NCBI GenBank assembly: GCA_902593945.1
Contig: CACJKA010000002.1
Location: forward strand, 80,807-144,806
Reading direction: 5' to 3'
DNA from: an uncultured Candidatus Poseidoniales archaeon
GTDB taxonomy: Archaea; Thermoplasmatota; Poseidoniia; Poseidoniales; Thalassarchaeaceae
DNA length: 64,000 nucleotides
In this document: piece by piece, positions 37,958 to 48,496 of the stretch
How positions within the stretch are numbered: the first letter of the stretch is position 1
Layout of the letters: each line of letters begins with the position of its first letter
Notes under the pieces: generated by a model
The model's database searches: none
What the model was told of the DNA's origin: nothing
Seen by the model: the letters and a program-made list of their open reading frames with translations, nothing else
Translations under genes and position numbers: made by a program

Positions 37958-40900
37958 ATGCAAACCAAGATAAAAGATAAATCAAAAACGACTAAAAACG
38001 AGGAAAATAATGAGAATGGAATGATAGTTGAAAGACGTTTTACTACTGCTGGAGAAGACCCCTTTGATTTGTTCTCTTGGATATCTATGGACGTCGAAAT
38101 AAGAAATCCTGATGGGACCATGGCGGACTCTGTTGAAGGAGTCGAATTCCCCTCTGGCTTCGAGGGAGTTCCCGGAAAAATTGCTGCTCAAAAATATCTG
38201 AGAAAAGCGGGGGTGCCTACCTATCTGCGCAAGGTGGCGGAAGATGGCATTCCCGTTTGGCTCCAGAGAAGTGAGCCAGATCACGAAAAACTACAAACTT
38301 TAGACCCTAAAGAAAGATTTGGTGGAGAAACTCATGGAAGAAATCTATTTCGAAGATTAGCAGGGACTTGGACATATTGGGGCTACAAATATGGATATTT
38401 CGCAAGCGAAGCAGATGCTAGAGCATACTTTGATGAAATGTGCTACCTAATTGCTAGTCAGCGCTCTGCACCTAATAGCCCTCAATGGTTCAATACGGGT
38501 TTACATTGGGCATATGGCATAGAAGGGCCTGCACAAGGGCACCATTATGTCGATCCATCGACAGGCGTACTATCTCTGTCCGAAAATGCATATGAGCACC
38601 CACAGCCTCATGCTTGTTTTATTCAATCAGTTAGTGATTCTCTAGTAGGGGGAACTAGTTCAATAATGGGATTATGGAATCGGGAGGCTTTGTTGTTTAA
38701 GTTTGGGTCTGGAACTGGTTCTAATTTCTCTAATATTAGAGGCGCGGGGGAGCCTTTGTCAGGAGGGGGGAGCTCTTCTGGACTTTTGTCATTTTTGAAA
38801 ATTGGAGATAGGGCTGCTGGTGCGATAAAATCAGGGGGGACGACTCGCCGTGCTGCTAAGATGGTGACATTAGATTTGGACCACCCCGATATAGAGGAAT
38901 ATATTGATTGGAAATCCAGTGAAGAAGAGAAAGTTTCAGCATTGGTTATTGGATCTAATATTCTGCAAAAACATGCTAATTCATTGATGGAAGCTATTTG
39001 GCAACATGAAGAGAACGATACAAGGCTTGATCAGTCAGAGAACCTTGCTTTAAGGAAGTCCATAGTTAAAGCAATCAAAGATAATGTCCCTCAACCGCAT
39101 ATTCAACGCATCTTAGACCTAGCGAAGCAAGGATGGAAGGGGGTGGATTTCGAATGCTTTGACACTAATTGGCAAGGAGAAGCATACATGTCTGTTTCTG
39201 GACAGAATAGTAACAACTCTGTGAGAGTTCCAAACTCTTTTATGGATGCTGTGAAAAATGGAGGAAATTGGAATCTAGTATGGAGAACTGAGAAGGACAA
39301 AGCAGCGGAGGAAAACCGTGAACCAGAGGCTTGTAAAGTATTAGATGCCGGAGAACTTTGGGATAAAATTGCATATACTGCTTGGGCTTGTGCGGACCCA
39401 GGAGTGCAATTTGATACAACCATCAACGAGTGGCACACTTGTCCGGAAGGAGGGAGAATAAACGGATCTAATCCTTGCTCAGAATATATGTTCCTTGACG
39501 ATACTGCTTGTAATTTGGCTAGTATAAATCTACTTCATTATTATAATTTAGATAATCAGACTTTTCAAATCGAAGATTTCAAACACAGTGTGAGATTGTG
39601 GACTGCAACGCTTGAAATTAGTGTATTAATGGCTCAATTTCCATCCGCAGAAATTGCACAAAAGTCCTATGATTATCGAACACTAGGTCTTGGCTACTGT
39701 AACATAGGCTCGCTTCTAATGCACATGGGAATACCATATGATGATGAAAGAGCATATGCAATCTGTGGAGCATTGACTGCAATAATGTGCGGAGAATCTT
39801 ATGCTACAAGTGCAGAAATCGCTTCGATACTTGGCCCTTATCCAGATTACGAAAGAAATGCAGAACATATGTTAAGAGTTATGAGAAATCATCGAAGAGC
39901 TGCTTACGATGCTCCCGGGGACGAATATGAAGGTTTGTCTGTTTTACCTCGAGGAATAAATGCAAAGAAATGTCCTCAAGATTTACTATTAGCAGCAAGA
40001 GATGCATGGGATCGAGCATTGAGGGAAGGCGAAGAACATGGATATAGGAATGCACAAACCACTGTTATTGCACCTACTGGGACAATTGGCCTAGTTATGG
40101 GATGCGATACAACCGGAGTTGAGCCACAATTTTCCTTAGTTCAATACAAAACACTAGCGGGAGGTGGTTCTCTAAGAATCATTAACAAAGGCGTGACAAT
40201 GGCTTTACGCAGATTAGGATATTCAGATAAACAGACCAAAAACATCGAAGAGTTTGTTATGGGGACAAAGAGTTTGAATGGATGCCCGCATCTATCTTAC
40301 GACACATTAAAATCTCTAGGATTTACTTCTGCACAAATCAAAAACATCGAAACTAAGTTACCAGATGTATTCGACATTAGATCTGCTTTCTCACCAAGTA
40401 TTCTAGGCGAAGAAATGTGTGTCGAGACGCTAGGAATGACGGAAGACCAAGTCCGTGACGATTTCTTTGATGTCTTGGAGCATTTGGGGCTAGATTCAAC
40501 GCAAATTAATGCTGCAAATGATTACGTGTTAGGGAGGGGGACTATTGAAGGTGCTCCGGGATTAAAAGATGAACACTTACCTGTTTTCGATTGTGCTACG
40601 CCTGGTGGAAAGTACGGGATTCGATCTATTGATTGGCCGGCTCACGTTCACATGATGGCTGCGGCTCAACCATTCATATCAGGTGCTATTTCAAAGACCA
40701 TCAATATGCCTTCTAATTCCACTGTATCAGAAATTAAAGATGCTTATGATTTAAGTTTCTCTACTATGATTAAAGCATGTGCAGTATACAGAGATTGCTC
40801 TAAATTATCTCAGCCGTTAATGAATCAGCTTGTAGATTCCAGCGCCTTGGAAGAAGAGGAGGAGGAGGAAGTGATAATTGTTCAGAAAATGGTTGAACAA

Positions 40901-41608
40901 GTAGTAGATTCGTTGCCAATACCTACACCAAAGGCCCAGCCTCTTGCAGAAGCAATGGTACACGACTACATTGCGACAAGAAGATCTTTGCCAGATAGTT
41001 GCGAAGGAGGTCGGATGAAGGCACGTGTTGGTGGCCACACTGTATATCTAAATCATAGTGCATATGAAGACGGTAGATTAGGTGAGATTATGCTAACCAC
41101 CTCTAAAGAGGGGGCAGCATGGAGGTCTATGCTAAACCAATTTGCAATTGCTGTATCTTTGGGCCTACAACATGGAGTTCCTTTAGAGGCGTTTGTTAAC
41201 TCGTTCACTTTCCAGAAGTTTGAGCCTAGTGGAATGGTAATGGGTGGTAGTGGCCGTGTGAAAATGTCTTCCAGTATTGTAGATTATATATTCAGAGAAT
41301 TAGCCATAAAATATCTAGATAGACATGACTTGTCTCATGTTTCACAAGAAGACTTGGACCCTTATTCAATAAGTAGGCCTGAAATCACAGATGACGGAGT
41401 TGTCAGAAACAAAGGCGAGGTTAGAGAAGTACAACAAACCCTAGGAGCCTTTGAATCTATGGAAGATGCTGCGGCAAAAACAAGAAGGTTAGCTAGGGAA
41501 AGTGGTTTTACTGGTGATATTTGTTCCGATTGTGGCAGTAGTAAAATGCAAAGGAATGGAACTTGTTTGAAGTGTAATGATTGCGGTGCAACTACTGGTT
41601 GTTCCTGA
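37958..41608 (+). CDS. nrdJ: Class II (adenosylcobalamin-dependent) ribonucleotide reductase
   Basis: RRFTTAGEDPFD N-terminus; NPCSEYMFLDDTACNLASINL active-site block; APTGTIG; and the C-terminal Cys-rich tail CSDCGSSKMQRNGTCLKCNDCG, typical of NrdJ. Confidence 0.95.
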   Translation: MQTKIKDKSKTTKNEENNENGMIVERRFTTAGEDPFDLFSWISMDVEIRNPDGTMADSVEGVEFPSGFEGVPGKIAAQKYLRKAGVPTYLRKVAEDGIPVWLQRSEPDHEKLQTLDPKERFGGETHGRNLFRRLAGTWTYWGYKYGYFASEADARAYFDEMCYLIASQRSAPNSPQWFNTGLHWAYGIEGPAQGHHYVDPSTGVLSLSENAYEHPQPHACFIQSVSDSLVGGTSSIMGLWNREALLFKFGSGTGSNFSNIRGAGEPLSGGGSSSGLLSFLKIGDRAAGAIKSGGTTRRAAKMVTLDLDHPDIEEYIDWKSSEEEKVSALVIGSNILQKHANSLMEAIWQHEENDTRLDQSENLALRKSIVKAIKDNVPQPHIQRILDLAKQGWKGVDFECFDTNWQGEAYMSVSGQNSNNSVRVPNSFMDAVKNGGNWNLVWRTEKDKAAEENREPEACKVLDAGELWDKIAYTAWACADPGVQFDTTINEWHTCPEGGRINGSNPCSEYMFLDDTACNLASINLLHYYNLDNQTFQIEDFKHSVRLWTATLEISVLMAQFPSAEIAQKSYDYRTLGLGYCNIGSLLMHMGIPYDDERAYAICGALTAIMCGESYATSAEIASILGPYPDYERNAEHMLRVMRNHRRAAYDAPGDEYEGLSVLPRGINAKKCPQDLLLAARDAWDRALREGEEHGYRNAQTTVIAPTGTIGLVMGCDTTGVEPQFSLVQYKTLAGGGSLRIINKGVTMALRRLGYSDKQTKNIEEFVMGTKSLNGCPHLSYDTLKSLGFTSAQIKNIETKLPDVFDIRSAFSPSILGEEMCVETLGMTEDQVRDDFFDVLEHLGLDSTQINAANDYVLGRGTIEGAPGLKDEHLPVFDCATPGGKYGIRSIDWPAHVHMMAAAQPFISGAISKTINMPSNSTVSEIKDAYDLSFSTMIKACAVYRDCSKLSQPLMNQLVDSSALEEEEEEEVIIVQKMVEQVVDSLPIPTPKAQPLAEAMVHDYIATRRSLPDSCEGGRMKARVGGHTVYLNHSAYEDGRLGEIMLTTSKEGAAWRSMLNQFAIAVSLGLQHGVPLEAFVNSFTFQKFEPSGMVMGGSGRVKMSSSIVDYIFRELAIKYLDRHDLSHVSQEDLDPYSISRPEITDDGVVRNKGEVREVQQTLGAFESMEDAAAKTRRLARESGFTGDICSDCGSSKMQRNGTCLKCNDCGATTGCS

Positions 41609-42938
41609 TTATATCTCCTAAATCACTATTTCGTAACGTAACACGATTGACTAGATCCCCATGCGATATTTTGTCTAAATCATATATTTTCATTGAAATA
41701 TCAAGAAATGATTTTTCATTTATTTTAGCAATTTCAATTAACATTCCAGATAACTGCGACCTAGACTCTGAATTACAATTTATCCACAATGTTGGGATCA
41801 ACTCTTCAGAATCATTCGAATCTAAAGAGAGATAATGCCTCAAGCCTGATTCAATTAATCTCTGAAGCATTCGATTGTCTTGTTTTTTAGAAATTTTCTT
41901 TGCAAAATGAATAAACAAGGCCCTATCTAAACGTGCTAAGTTACCCAAATATGTTGTTGATAGGACTCTGGTATCTGAATCTTCATCTTCGATTAAATTT
42001 TCCAATAAAGATACACAAAAATCTCGGTCTTCTGAATCAATTCTAGATAAATTAGATGCTAATCCTCTCCTTAAAATTACTTTTTCGCTGTTACAAATTT
42101 GAAATAAAATCTCTTTTGATAATTCAGGAGTATGAGATAAAGTATGAATTGCCGCCATAAGTAAACTTTCACAATTATTCTGGTTGTAATCTATTATGAG
42201 ATTTTGGACTCTCAAAGGAATATTGAGTAAAGAAGATAGGTGTTTACTAATTGATAATCTTTCAAGCCAATAAGGCAATAATGTATTTTTATGGGTTTGA
42301 TGGAGTTGTAAAATATCTAAAATAGAATTTGCAGCTAATACACCACTGGGGTGTCCGATTTCTTCATAGAAAGCGTCCGCTTGTTTTCCATTCCATGCGA
42401 TTTGGTGAGGTCCTGTTAGCTTTTTTGAAGGCATTTCCCCTGGTTTTCTTGCGAAAATAATTGAATTGAATAAATTGAATCCTTCGGATTCTACAATGTT
42501 AGATCCTTTCAGGCTTAATCCAATTAATGTACTTACTGAAAGATACCATCGGTCTGTGTCAGGAGACTCTTCATCAAGTGCTGAATATAACCAATCTTTA
42601 ATTTGAAGAATTAAAATTCTTTCAGAAATTTCTTCTATGTTTTTAGATAGCCATTTTTCTCTTTCGGCCTCGGGGGCGATATGACGTTTGATGTAACTAG
42701 GTTCAAAATCTTCAGTAACAAGCTCTAATCGGTACAAGAATCCTGCAGTATCTATAGACGAAATTCCTAAAGCTTGGCGATTTAATATATCTAAATTGTT
42801 AGGGGGTTGGGCAGGAAACTCCGGGATTTCTAAAGGAGGGTTTGGTAATGGAAGATATTCAAAAGATAATGATATACATTCACTCAATAACTTATCACAA
42901 CACTCTCGAAGGAGAGCTTTCGCCTCCCTTCTCGACAT
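41592..42938 (-). CDS. Hypothetical protein with a HEAT/armadillo-like C-terminal region
   Basis: 448-aa ORF, helix-rich. LASNLSRIDSEDRDFCVSLLENLIEDEDSDTRVLSTTYLGNLA resembles HEAT repeats. No catalytic motif recognised. Confidence 0.55.
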   Translation of the reverse strand: MSRREAKALLRECCDKLLSECISLSFEYLPLPNPPLEIPEFPAQPPNNLDILNRQALGISSIDTAGFLYRLELVTEDFEPSYIKRHIAPEAEREKWLSKNIEEISERILILQIKDWLYSALDEESPDTDRWYLSVSTLIGLSLKGSNIVESEGFNLFNSIIFARKPGEMPSKKLTGPHQIAWNGKQADAFYEEIGHPSGVLAANSILDILQLHQTHKNTLLPYWLERLSISKHLSSLLNIPLRVQNLIIDYNQNNCESLLMAAIHTLSHTPELSKEILFQICNSEKVILRRGLASNLSRIDSEDRDFCVSLLENLIEDEDSDTRVLSTTYLGNLARLDRALFIHFAKKISKKQDNRMLQRLIESGLRHYLSLDSNDSEELIPTLWINCNSESRSQLSGMLIEIAKINEKSFLDISMKIYDLDKISHGDLVNRVTLRNSDLGDIIRNNQ

Positions 42939-42950
42939 ATTTTCACCAGA

Positions 42951-43877
42951 TTAAATCTCTAGCTCAATATTTAGGTTCTGGATTAATTCCTTGTATCTAT
43001 TCCTAATTGTTACTTCAGTAACTCCTGCCACTTCAGCCACTTCTCTCTGGGTTCTTCTTTTACCACACAATACACTTGCAATATAGATTATTGATGCTGC
43101 AATTCCTGTTGGTCCACGACCACTAGTGAGTTCTTTTTCCTGTGCTGCAGAAATTAATTCATATGCTTTAGATTGGACTTCAGCATCAAGATCCAGTCCT
43201 GAGCAGAATCTTGGAATATAATCTTCCGGCTTGGTTGGAGGAATCTTCATTTTCAACTCACGGACCATGAATCGATATGTACGACCAATTTCTTTCCTAC
43301 CCGTACGGCTCGCTTCACCTATCTCATCAAGAGTTCTTGGATTCTGACACTGTCTGCAAGCGGCATACAAAGAAGCTGCTGCAACACCTTCGATGGAACG
43401 TCCTCGAATAAGTCTGGCTTCAACTGCTTTTTTGTAATTAACAGCCGCTGATTCCCTAATTGATTTCGGAAGGTCCAGGCGGCTTGCCATTCTGTCTAAT
43501 TCGGCAAGAGCCATAGCAAGATTTCTTTCTGTTGCGTTGCTGACACGAGATCTCTTCTGCCATTTTCTCATCCTGTAAAACTGAGACCTATATCGTGAAG
43601 AAATAGATTTACCAGAATAGTCTTTATTTTGCCAATCTATATCTGTTGAGAGCCCTTTGTCGTGTAGCATCACTGTCATCGGTGCGCCAGTACGAGCTCT
43701 TTGGTCGCCCTGTTCTGGACTAAAAACACGCCATTCTGCGCCTTGATCTATTACTTTGTCTTCTAATACTAACCCACAGTCTTCACAAACGACCTCTCCA
43801 CGAGTTTCGTCTCGATTTAAATTACGGCTTCCACATTCATCACATTTCACGGTGTCTTCTACAAGATAATCTGCCAT
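42951..43877 (-). CDS. tfb: Transcription initiation factor IIB (TFB)
   Basis: N-terminal Zn ribbon CDECGSRNL...VCEDCG, a B-finger/linker, and two cyclin-fold repeats ([17 protein letters not shown]..., [19 protein letters not shown]). Confidence 0.95.
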   Translation of the reverse strand: MADYLVEDTVKCDECGSRNLNRDETRGEVVCEDCGLVLEDKVIDQGAEWRVFSPEQGDQRARTGAPMTVMLHDKGLSTDIDWQNKDYSGKSISSRYRSQFYRMRKWQKRSRVSNATERNLAMALAELDRMASRLDLPKSIRESAAVNYKKAVEARLIRGRSIEGVAAASLYAACRQCQNPRTLDEIGEASRTGRKEIGRTYRFMVRELKMKIPPTKPEDYIPRFCSGLDLDAEVQSKAYELISAAQEKELTSGRGPTGIAASIIYIASVLCGKRRTQREVAEVAGVTEVTIRNRYKELIQNLNIELEI

Positions 43878-44034
43878 CCCATCACGTCCTCTTTCCTAGG
43901 AAAGGTAAAATATCCCGAATGCCGATGTTATTTAAGGTTAACATATAAATTAGAAAAAAAGAAAGAAGGGGAAAAAAGGAAAATATTGAGAATGGTGATA
44001 TATTACCGGACCATGGCAAGGCTAAAGGAAGGTA

Positions 44035-46035
44035 GTGTGGATGAACGAAAAACTATGGCCTCCTTCGAAAATTTCTTTAAATCCGAATAAAAGAGTTTTA
44101 TTTTTGACAAAGGATTTGGATTTAATCCGAAAACAATTGTATGAAGGATTAGATCTTAAAATGAAAGATTTGACAATTGATGATCTATTAGACGACATAA
44201 ACACAGATGTAATGACTCCTGCATGGGTTTGTTTTGATTATGACCCTTCTAAAATTGCTGAAAATGCATATGCAGGTCTTCTACATGATGGTCGAAGAGT
44301 TTTCGATGCTCATGCATTGAAAAGTGGTAATTTTGAAGTTATTGTTTCAGGCCATAGGAAAGGAACGGGGTCCAGTAGAGAAACTGCGCCACAGTGCGAA
44401 AAATGGTCAGGGATTAGAATTGTAATTGCAGCATCATTCGCCCCAATACATGAAAGGAACAATATAAATTTGGGGCAATTAATGGGCGATCATTCTATGC
44501 TGCAGAGATTGCAAGGTGGAGAAAGTATTGATTTGGAAGAATTTACAAATAAATATGATCCGGTGACTAGAATGATACTAGAAAATGGAGGAATTTTTCC
44601 ATTTGCAAAAAAACTTACTGCGGGGGAGATTAAACTTCCAGAAATTAATAAAATCTCACGACCGATGACTATAGCTGAGAAAATTATTTCTAAAAAATTA
44701 ATTTCTGAGGATTCGACTAAAGGATTTGTCAAACCAGGAGATGCGGTGTTAGCATCAGTAGATGGAGGTTATTCTCATGAATTTACTACCGCACAAGTTC
44801 ACGAGTTTCTAAAATCTGAATATGGCGACGAATATAAAATTCCTAATCCTCCAAAATTTGCTGTATTTGAAGATCATTTATTGTATGCAACTGGTGTGCC
44901 AAGATTTGGTAAATTCGAAGAAAAAATTCAAACTTTAAGAGATATGCAGAATGATTTTCAAAGACATACAGGAGTTAGAGATTATTCCGCAGTTAATGGG
45001 ATTTCTCCTGGCATATGTCACCAAGTTGCAAGAGAAGAATTTATTGATGTTGGAGATTTTATTCAAGCGACAGATAGTCATACCTGTATGGGGGGTGCGA
45101 GTAATGCATTGACGTATGGAGTAGGATCTACCGAATATGCGAACTTGATTCATAATCAATTTGCATTTGTGAAAGTTCCAGAAAGTATCAGATTTAATCT
45201 AGTAGGTAGACTTCATTCTGGATGTACTGCTAAAGATGTTATATTGCATATTTTATGGAAGTATGCTGCAAAATCGGAAACCCTCGATAGAAGTATGGAA
45301 TTTGGTGGGCCGGGCCTCTCAAGTTTGTCAATGGATGAAAGAGCTACTTTGTGCAACATGGCAACGGAATGTAGTGCCAAAACAGGAATATGCGACCCTG
45401 ACGATTTAACTGTAGAATGGTTAATGGAAAGAAGAAGTGAATTAACAAGAGAAGATATCATGGAAGCTTTTGTTACGGCAGATGAAGGAGCAGTGTACCA
45501 TGGAGGAGTTCATACAATAGATTTAGATGAAATTAAACCAATGGTGGCACATCCAGGAGATCCTGACAAAGGAATACCATCTGACCCAACAAATGGAGCC
45601 TATATCGACGAGTTGGGGATTGTAAATATTGACATTGCATATGCCGGCTCATGTACTGCAGGGAAAGATGATGATTTTGCATATTATGCAGAGGTGACAA
45701 AGGCGGCCCTAGATGCTGGATTAAAAGTTGCAGAGGGCGTAGATTGTTATATTCAGTTTGGTTCAAAAACGGTAAAAGAATTGTCGGAAAAAAACGGGTG
45801 GACAAAAATGTTTGAAGATGCGGGTGTGAAATTAATTGATCCGGGTTGTGGCGCTTGTATAGGAGCCGGGCCGGGGGTAAGCGATAATGATGAACAAGTT
45901 TCTATTTCGGCAATAAATCGAAACTTCCAAGGTAGGTCTGGTCCAGGAAAACTCTACTTAGCAAGTCCACTTACAGTTATGGCTAGCGCATTTACAGGGC
46001 ATATTACTGCGTGGAGTCCGGACCTGTTTTCTTAG
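44035..46035 (+). CDS. Aconitase-family hydratase with the swivel (LeuD-like) domain at the N-terminus
   Basis: The N-terminal region (DDINTDVMTPAW...GTGSSRETAPQCEKWSGIRIVIAASFAPIHERNNINLG) is the swivel domain. It is followed by catalytic blocks MTIAEKI, ATDSHTCMGGA, GSCTAGKDDD, DPGCGACIG and NRNFQGRSG. Confidence 0.85.
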   Translation: MWMNEKLWPPSKISLNPNKRVLFLTKDLDLIRKQLYEGLDLKMKDLTIDDLLDDINTDVMTPAWVCFDYDPSKIAENAYAGLLHDGRRVFDAHALKSGNFEVIVSGHRKGTGSSRETAPQCEKWSGIRIVIAASFAPIHERNNINLGQLMGDHSMLQRLQGGESIDLEEFTNKYDPVTRMILENGGIFPFAKKLTAGEIKLPEINKISRPMTIAEKIISKKLISEDSTKGFVKPGDAVLASVDGGYSHEFTTAQVHEFLKSEYGDEYKIPNPPKFAVFEDHLLYATGVPRFGKFEEKIQTLRDMQNDFQRHTGVRDYSAVNGISPGICHQVAREEFIDVGDFIQATDSHTCMGGASNALTYGVGSTEYANLIHNQFAFVKVPESIRFNLVGRLHSGCTAKDVILHILWKYAAKSETLDRSMEFGGPGLSSLSMDERATLCNMATECSAKTGICDPDDLTVEWLMERRSELTREDIMEAFVTADEGAVYHGGVHTIDLDEIKPMVAHPGDPDKGIPSDPTNGAYIDELGIVNIDIAYAGSCTAGKDDDFAYYAEVTKAALDAGLKVAEGVDCYIQFGSKTVKELSEKNGWTKMFEDAGVKLIDPGCGACIGAGPGVSDNDEQVSISAINRNFQGRSGPGKLYLASPLTVMASAFTGHITAWSPDLFS

Positions 46036-46324
46036 AAAGGAGGCTCGAAAACCCCCAAATGGCAGCAATGAACCAAGCAATTTCTAAAATTAGAAATGCC
46101 CATTCATCAATAAAATAAGCGCGCACTGCTAACAAACCTGAACCTAATGCCATCAATCCCAAGTAGGGTGCCGCCTTACTTTGAAGGATGTCTCTTGTCT
46201 CCAAAAAGAATGCTGTTAAAATTAATATCATACCAATATAAGCAATCGATTCGCCACGAATAAAGTCAGCAAGGGCATCAATCATGACCTTTCTAAAATC
46301 GTCGAAAATATAGTCTTTCTTCAT
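46004..46324 (-). CDS. Small hypothetical membrane protein (106 aa)
   Basis: Three hydrophobic helices. Its 3' end overlaps the aconitase-family gene by 32 nt. Confidence 0.4.
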   Translation of the reverse strand: MKKDYIFDDFRKVMIDALADFIRGESIAYIGMILILTAFFLETRDILQSKAAPYLGLMALGSGLLAVRAYFIDEWAFLILEIAWFIAAIWGFSSLLSKKTGPDSTQ

Positions 46325-46399
46325 TTATACAAGCGCATGTTTCAATAGCCTATCGAGTCCCCATGCACTCATCACAAGTTGGCCCCAGGTCATTAGGAC

Positions 46400-48496
46400 A
46401 TGGGAGGACCAAGTGGAGGGAACATTATGGTGGATGCACGAGATATATCCGGAAAACAAAAACAAATTGCAGTTAGTGAGTTCTTTGAAAAAAATAAACA
46501 CTTTCTAGGATTCGATTCCCTTCAAAGATCTTTGATTACAGCAGTTAAAGAATCAGTTGATAATTCATTGGATGCTTGTGAAGAAGCAAGAATATTGCCA
46601 AATATTGTAGTAGAAATTAATAGATTAAAGGGTGAAGATATAGAATTAATCACACAAGACAATGGTCCAGGGATACCAAGAGACGCTATAGAAAATGTGT
46701 TTGGTAAATTCCTATTAGGTTCAAGATTTCATGCTATTAGACAGACTAGAGGGCAACAAGGTATTGGAATCACAGGAGTTGTAATGTACGCACAGCTGAC
46801 AACTGGTGCCAAAACTCGTGTTATTTCAAAAATTGCAACAGATTCATCAGCAGTATTTGTAGAATTAGGACTAGATACAAGAAAGAATAAAGCAATAAAA
46901 TCGAAAGAAAGAAGAGAGGTTTGGATTGATGAAGGCACTGGAGAAGAAATTAGGCATGGATTGAAAATATCGACTATAATGAAAGCAAAATATCAGCGCG
47001 GTAAACAATCTGTATATCAATATCTTAGGATGACATCAATTGTAAACCCTCATGCAACTATTAGTCTAATTGTTAGAGGTAAAGATGGAGAGGTTCTGGA
47101 AGAAGGAAAATGGATTCGAACCAGTGAAAAACTACCTAGAGTGGTAGAGGAAATTAAACCCCATCCGCACGGAATACAGTTAGGCACTTTACAAAGAATG
47201 TTAAGAGAATCGGAACAGAGAAAAATGACATCTTTCCTCAGACATAATTTTTCTGGCGTCAGTGTCAGAGCCGCAAAAGAGGTTCTAGCTGTTTCTGAAA
47301 TCGAAGATGAAAGGGTCCCAAAAAGGATTAATTCTGAAGATGCAAAAAAATTAATCGCATCTTTTCAGAAAGTAAAATTACTCCCTCCGCCTACGGATTG
47401 TCTATCACCAATTGATGATTTATTAATTAAGAAAGGTCTCTCAAAGGCTATTGATTCAAGATTCGCATCAACAGTGACGAGGCTCCCTGCAGTCAGTCAA
47501 GGCAATCCATTTCAGATAGAAGTTGGACTTGTTTTCGGAGGAGATATCTCTGCAGATGGTCCAATAGAAGTTCTTCGATTTGCCAATAGGGTCCCTTTAA
47601 TGTATCAGCAAGGGGGTTGTGCATTAACCAAAGCAATAGAATCTATTGATTGGAAAAGATATGGATTGGACCACCCAGGAGGTAAAGGATTGCCTAAGGG
47701 TGCTGCTGCAGTACTGATACATCTCGCATCTACTAATGTTCAATTCACCAGTGAAGCAAAAGAAGCAGTAGCAGATAATGAAGAAGTGTTTGATGAAATA
47801 AGAAAGGGGCTTTTGGAAGTAGGAAGAGGGTTGAAGAACCATCTAAAAAAGAAGGATCAACGCAAAAAGGCGAAAGAAAAATTCGAATTAGTGAATGTCA
47901 TTCTTCCAGAAATCGCAAAGAAAACTTCAAAGATATTAGGAAGAAATGAGCCAGATTTAGCGCCGGTAATAACTCAAATAATGAATGCAGTATTTTGTGA
48001 AGAAGAATTGAGTTGGGATAAGGAAAGAAAGCTTGCAACATGCTCAATTAAAATTTTTAATTATACTGCAAGGGCTCGTGCCTACACAATTCTGCTTAAA
48101 TGGCCTGAAAATGAGAATGTTTCAATGGTTGAAAACTCCAATGGAGGGAGGAAAGAGGCGCGAGGTATTTGGGCGTGGCGTCTTGATACTCTAAATCCAG
48201 GAACTTCAACAACAATTAGCGTGGCACTTTCGGGACTCAGTAAAGGAGATTGGACCGATACAGATGTTTTCTTTAGAGGAAATGGAGATATTATTGGTGC
48301 GACCAAGATTGATGAGAAAATACTTGAAGAAATACGGAAAAGTGAAGCATTGTCTGCAATCCGAAACGAGATTTCTGAATCAGAGATTCAAGAAATTAAT
48401 GATGTGGAAACGAAAGATTTGGAGTTCGATAACGAGGAAGAAATACGTACGGATGGTATCAATATTTTCGCTGATTTTGAGGAGGGGTCTGAATGA
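46400..48496 (+). CDS. top6B: DNA topoisomerase VI subunit B
   Basis: Bergerat ATPase fold motifs ESVDNSLDACEE, DNGPGI and GQQGIG, followed by a transducer domain. Confidence 0.95.
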   Translation: MGGPSGGNIMVDARDISGKQKQIAVSEFFEKNKHFLGFDSLQRSLITAVKESVDNSLDACEEARILPNIVVEINRLKGEDIELITQDNGPGIPRDAIENVFGKFLLGSRFHAIRQTRGQQGIGITGVVMYAQLTTGAKTRVISKIATDSSAVFVELGLDTRKNKAIKSKERREVWIDEGTGEEIRHGLKISTIMKAKYQRGKQSVYQYLRMTSIVNPHATISLIVRGKDGEVLEEGKWIRTSEKLPRVVEEIKPHPHGIQLGTLQRMLRESEQRKMTSFLRHNFSGVSVRAAKEVLAVSEIEDERVPKRINSEDAKKLIASFQKVKLLPPPTDCLSPIDDLLIKKGLSKAIDSRFASTVTRLPAVSQGNPFQIEVGLVFGGDISADGPIEVLRFANRVPLMYQQGGCALTKAIESIDWKRYGLDHPGGKGLPKGAAAVLIHLASTNVQFTSEAKEAVADNEEVFDEIRKGLLEVGRGLKNHLKKKDQRKKAKEKFELVNVILPEIAKKTSKILGRNEPDLAPVITQIMNAVFCEEELSWDKERKLATCSIKIFNYTARARAYTILLKWPENENVSMVENSNGGRKEARGIWAWRLDTLNPGTSTTISVALSGLSKGDWTDTDVFFRGNGDIIGATKIDEKILEEIRKSEALSAIRNEISESEIQEINDVETKDLEFDNEEEIRTDGINIFADFEEGSE

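Noticed and set aside
37958-41608. Possible intein in the unusually long NrdJ (1216 aa)
   Set aside because: The conserved catalytic blocks, including NPCSEY...ACNLASINL and APTGTIG, are contiguous. I found no block with the C/S...HN-C/S/T boundaries or homing-endonuclease motifs. The extra length is explained by N- and C-terminal regions known from long NrdJ forms. An intein is not formally excluded without an alignment.
43878-44034. Purine-rich 157-nt spacer between tfb and the aconitase-family gene, considered as a possible ncRNA
   Set aside because: It has no convincing secondary structure or conserved RNA motif. It is most simply a bidirectional promoter region with A/T-rich TATA-like elements.
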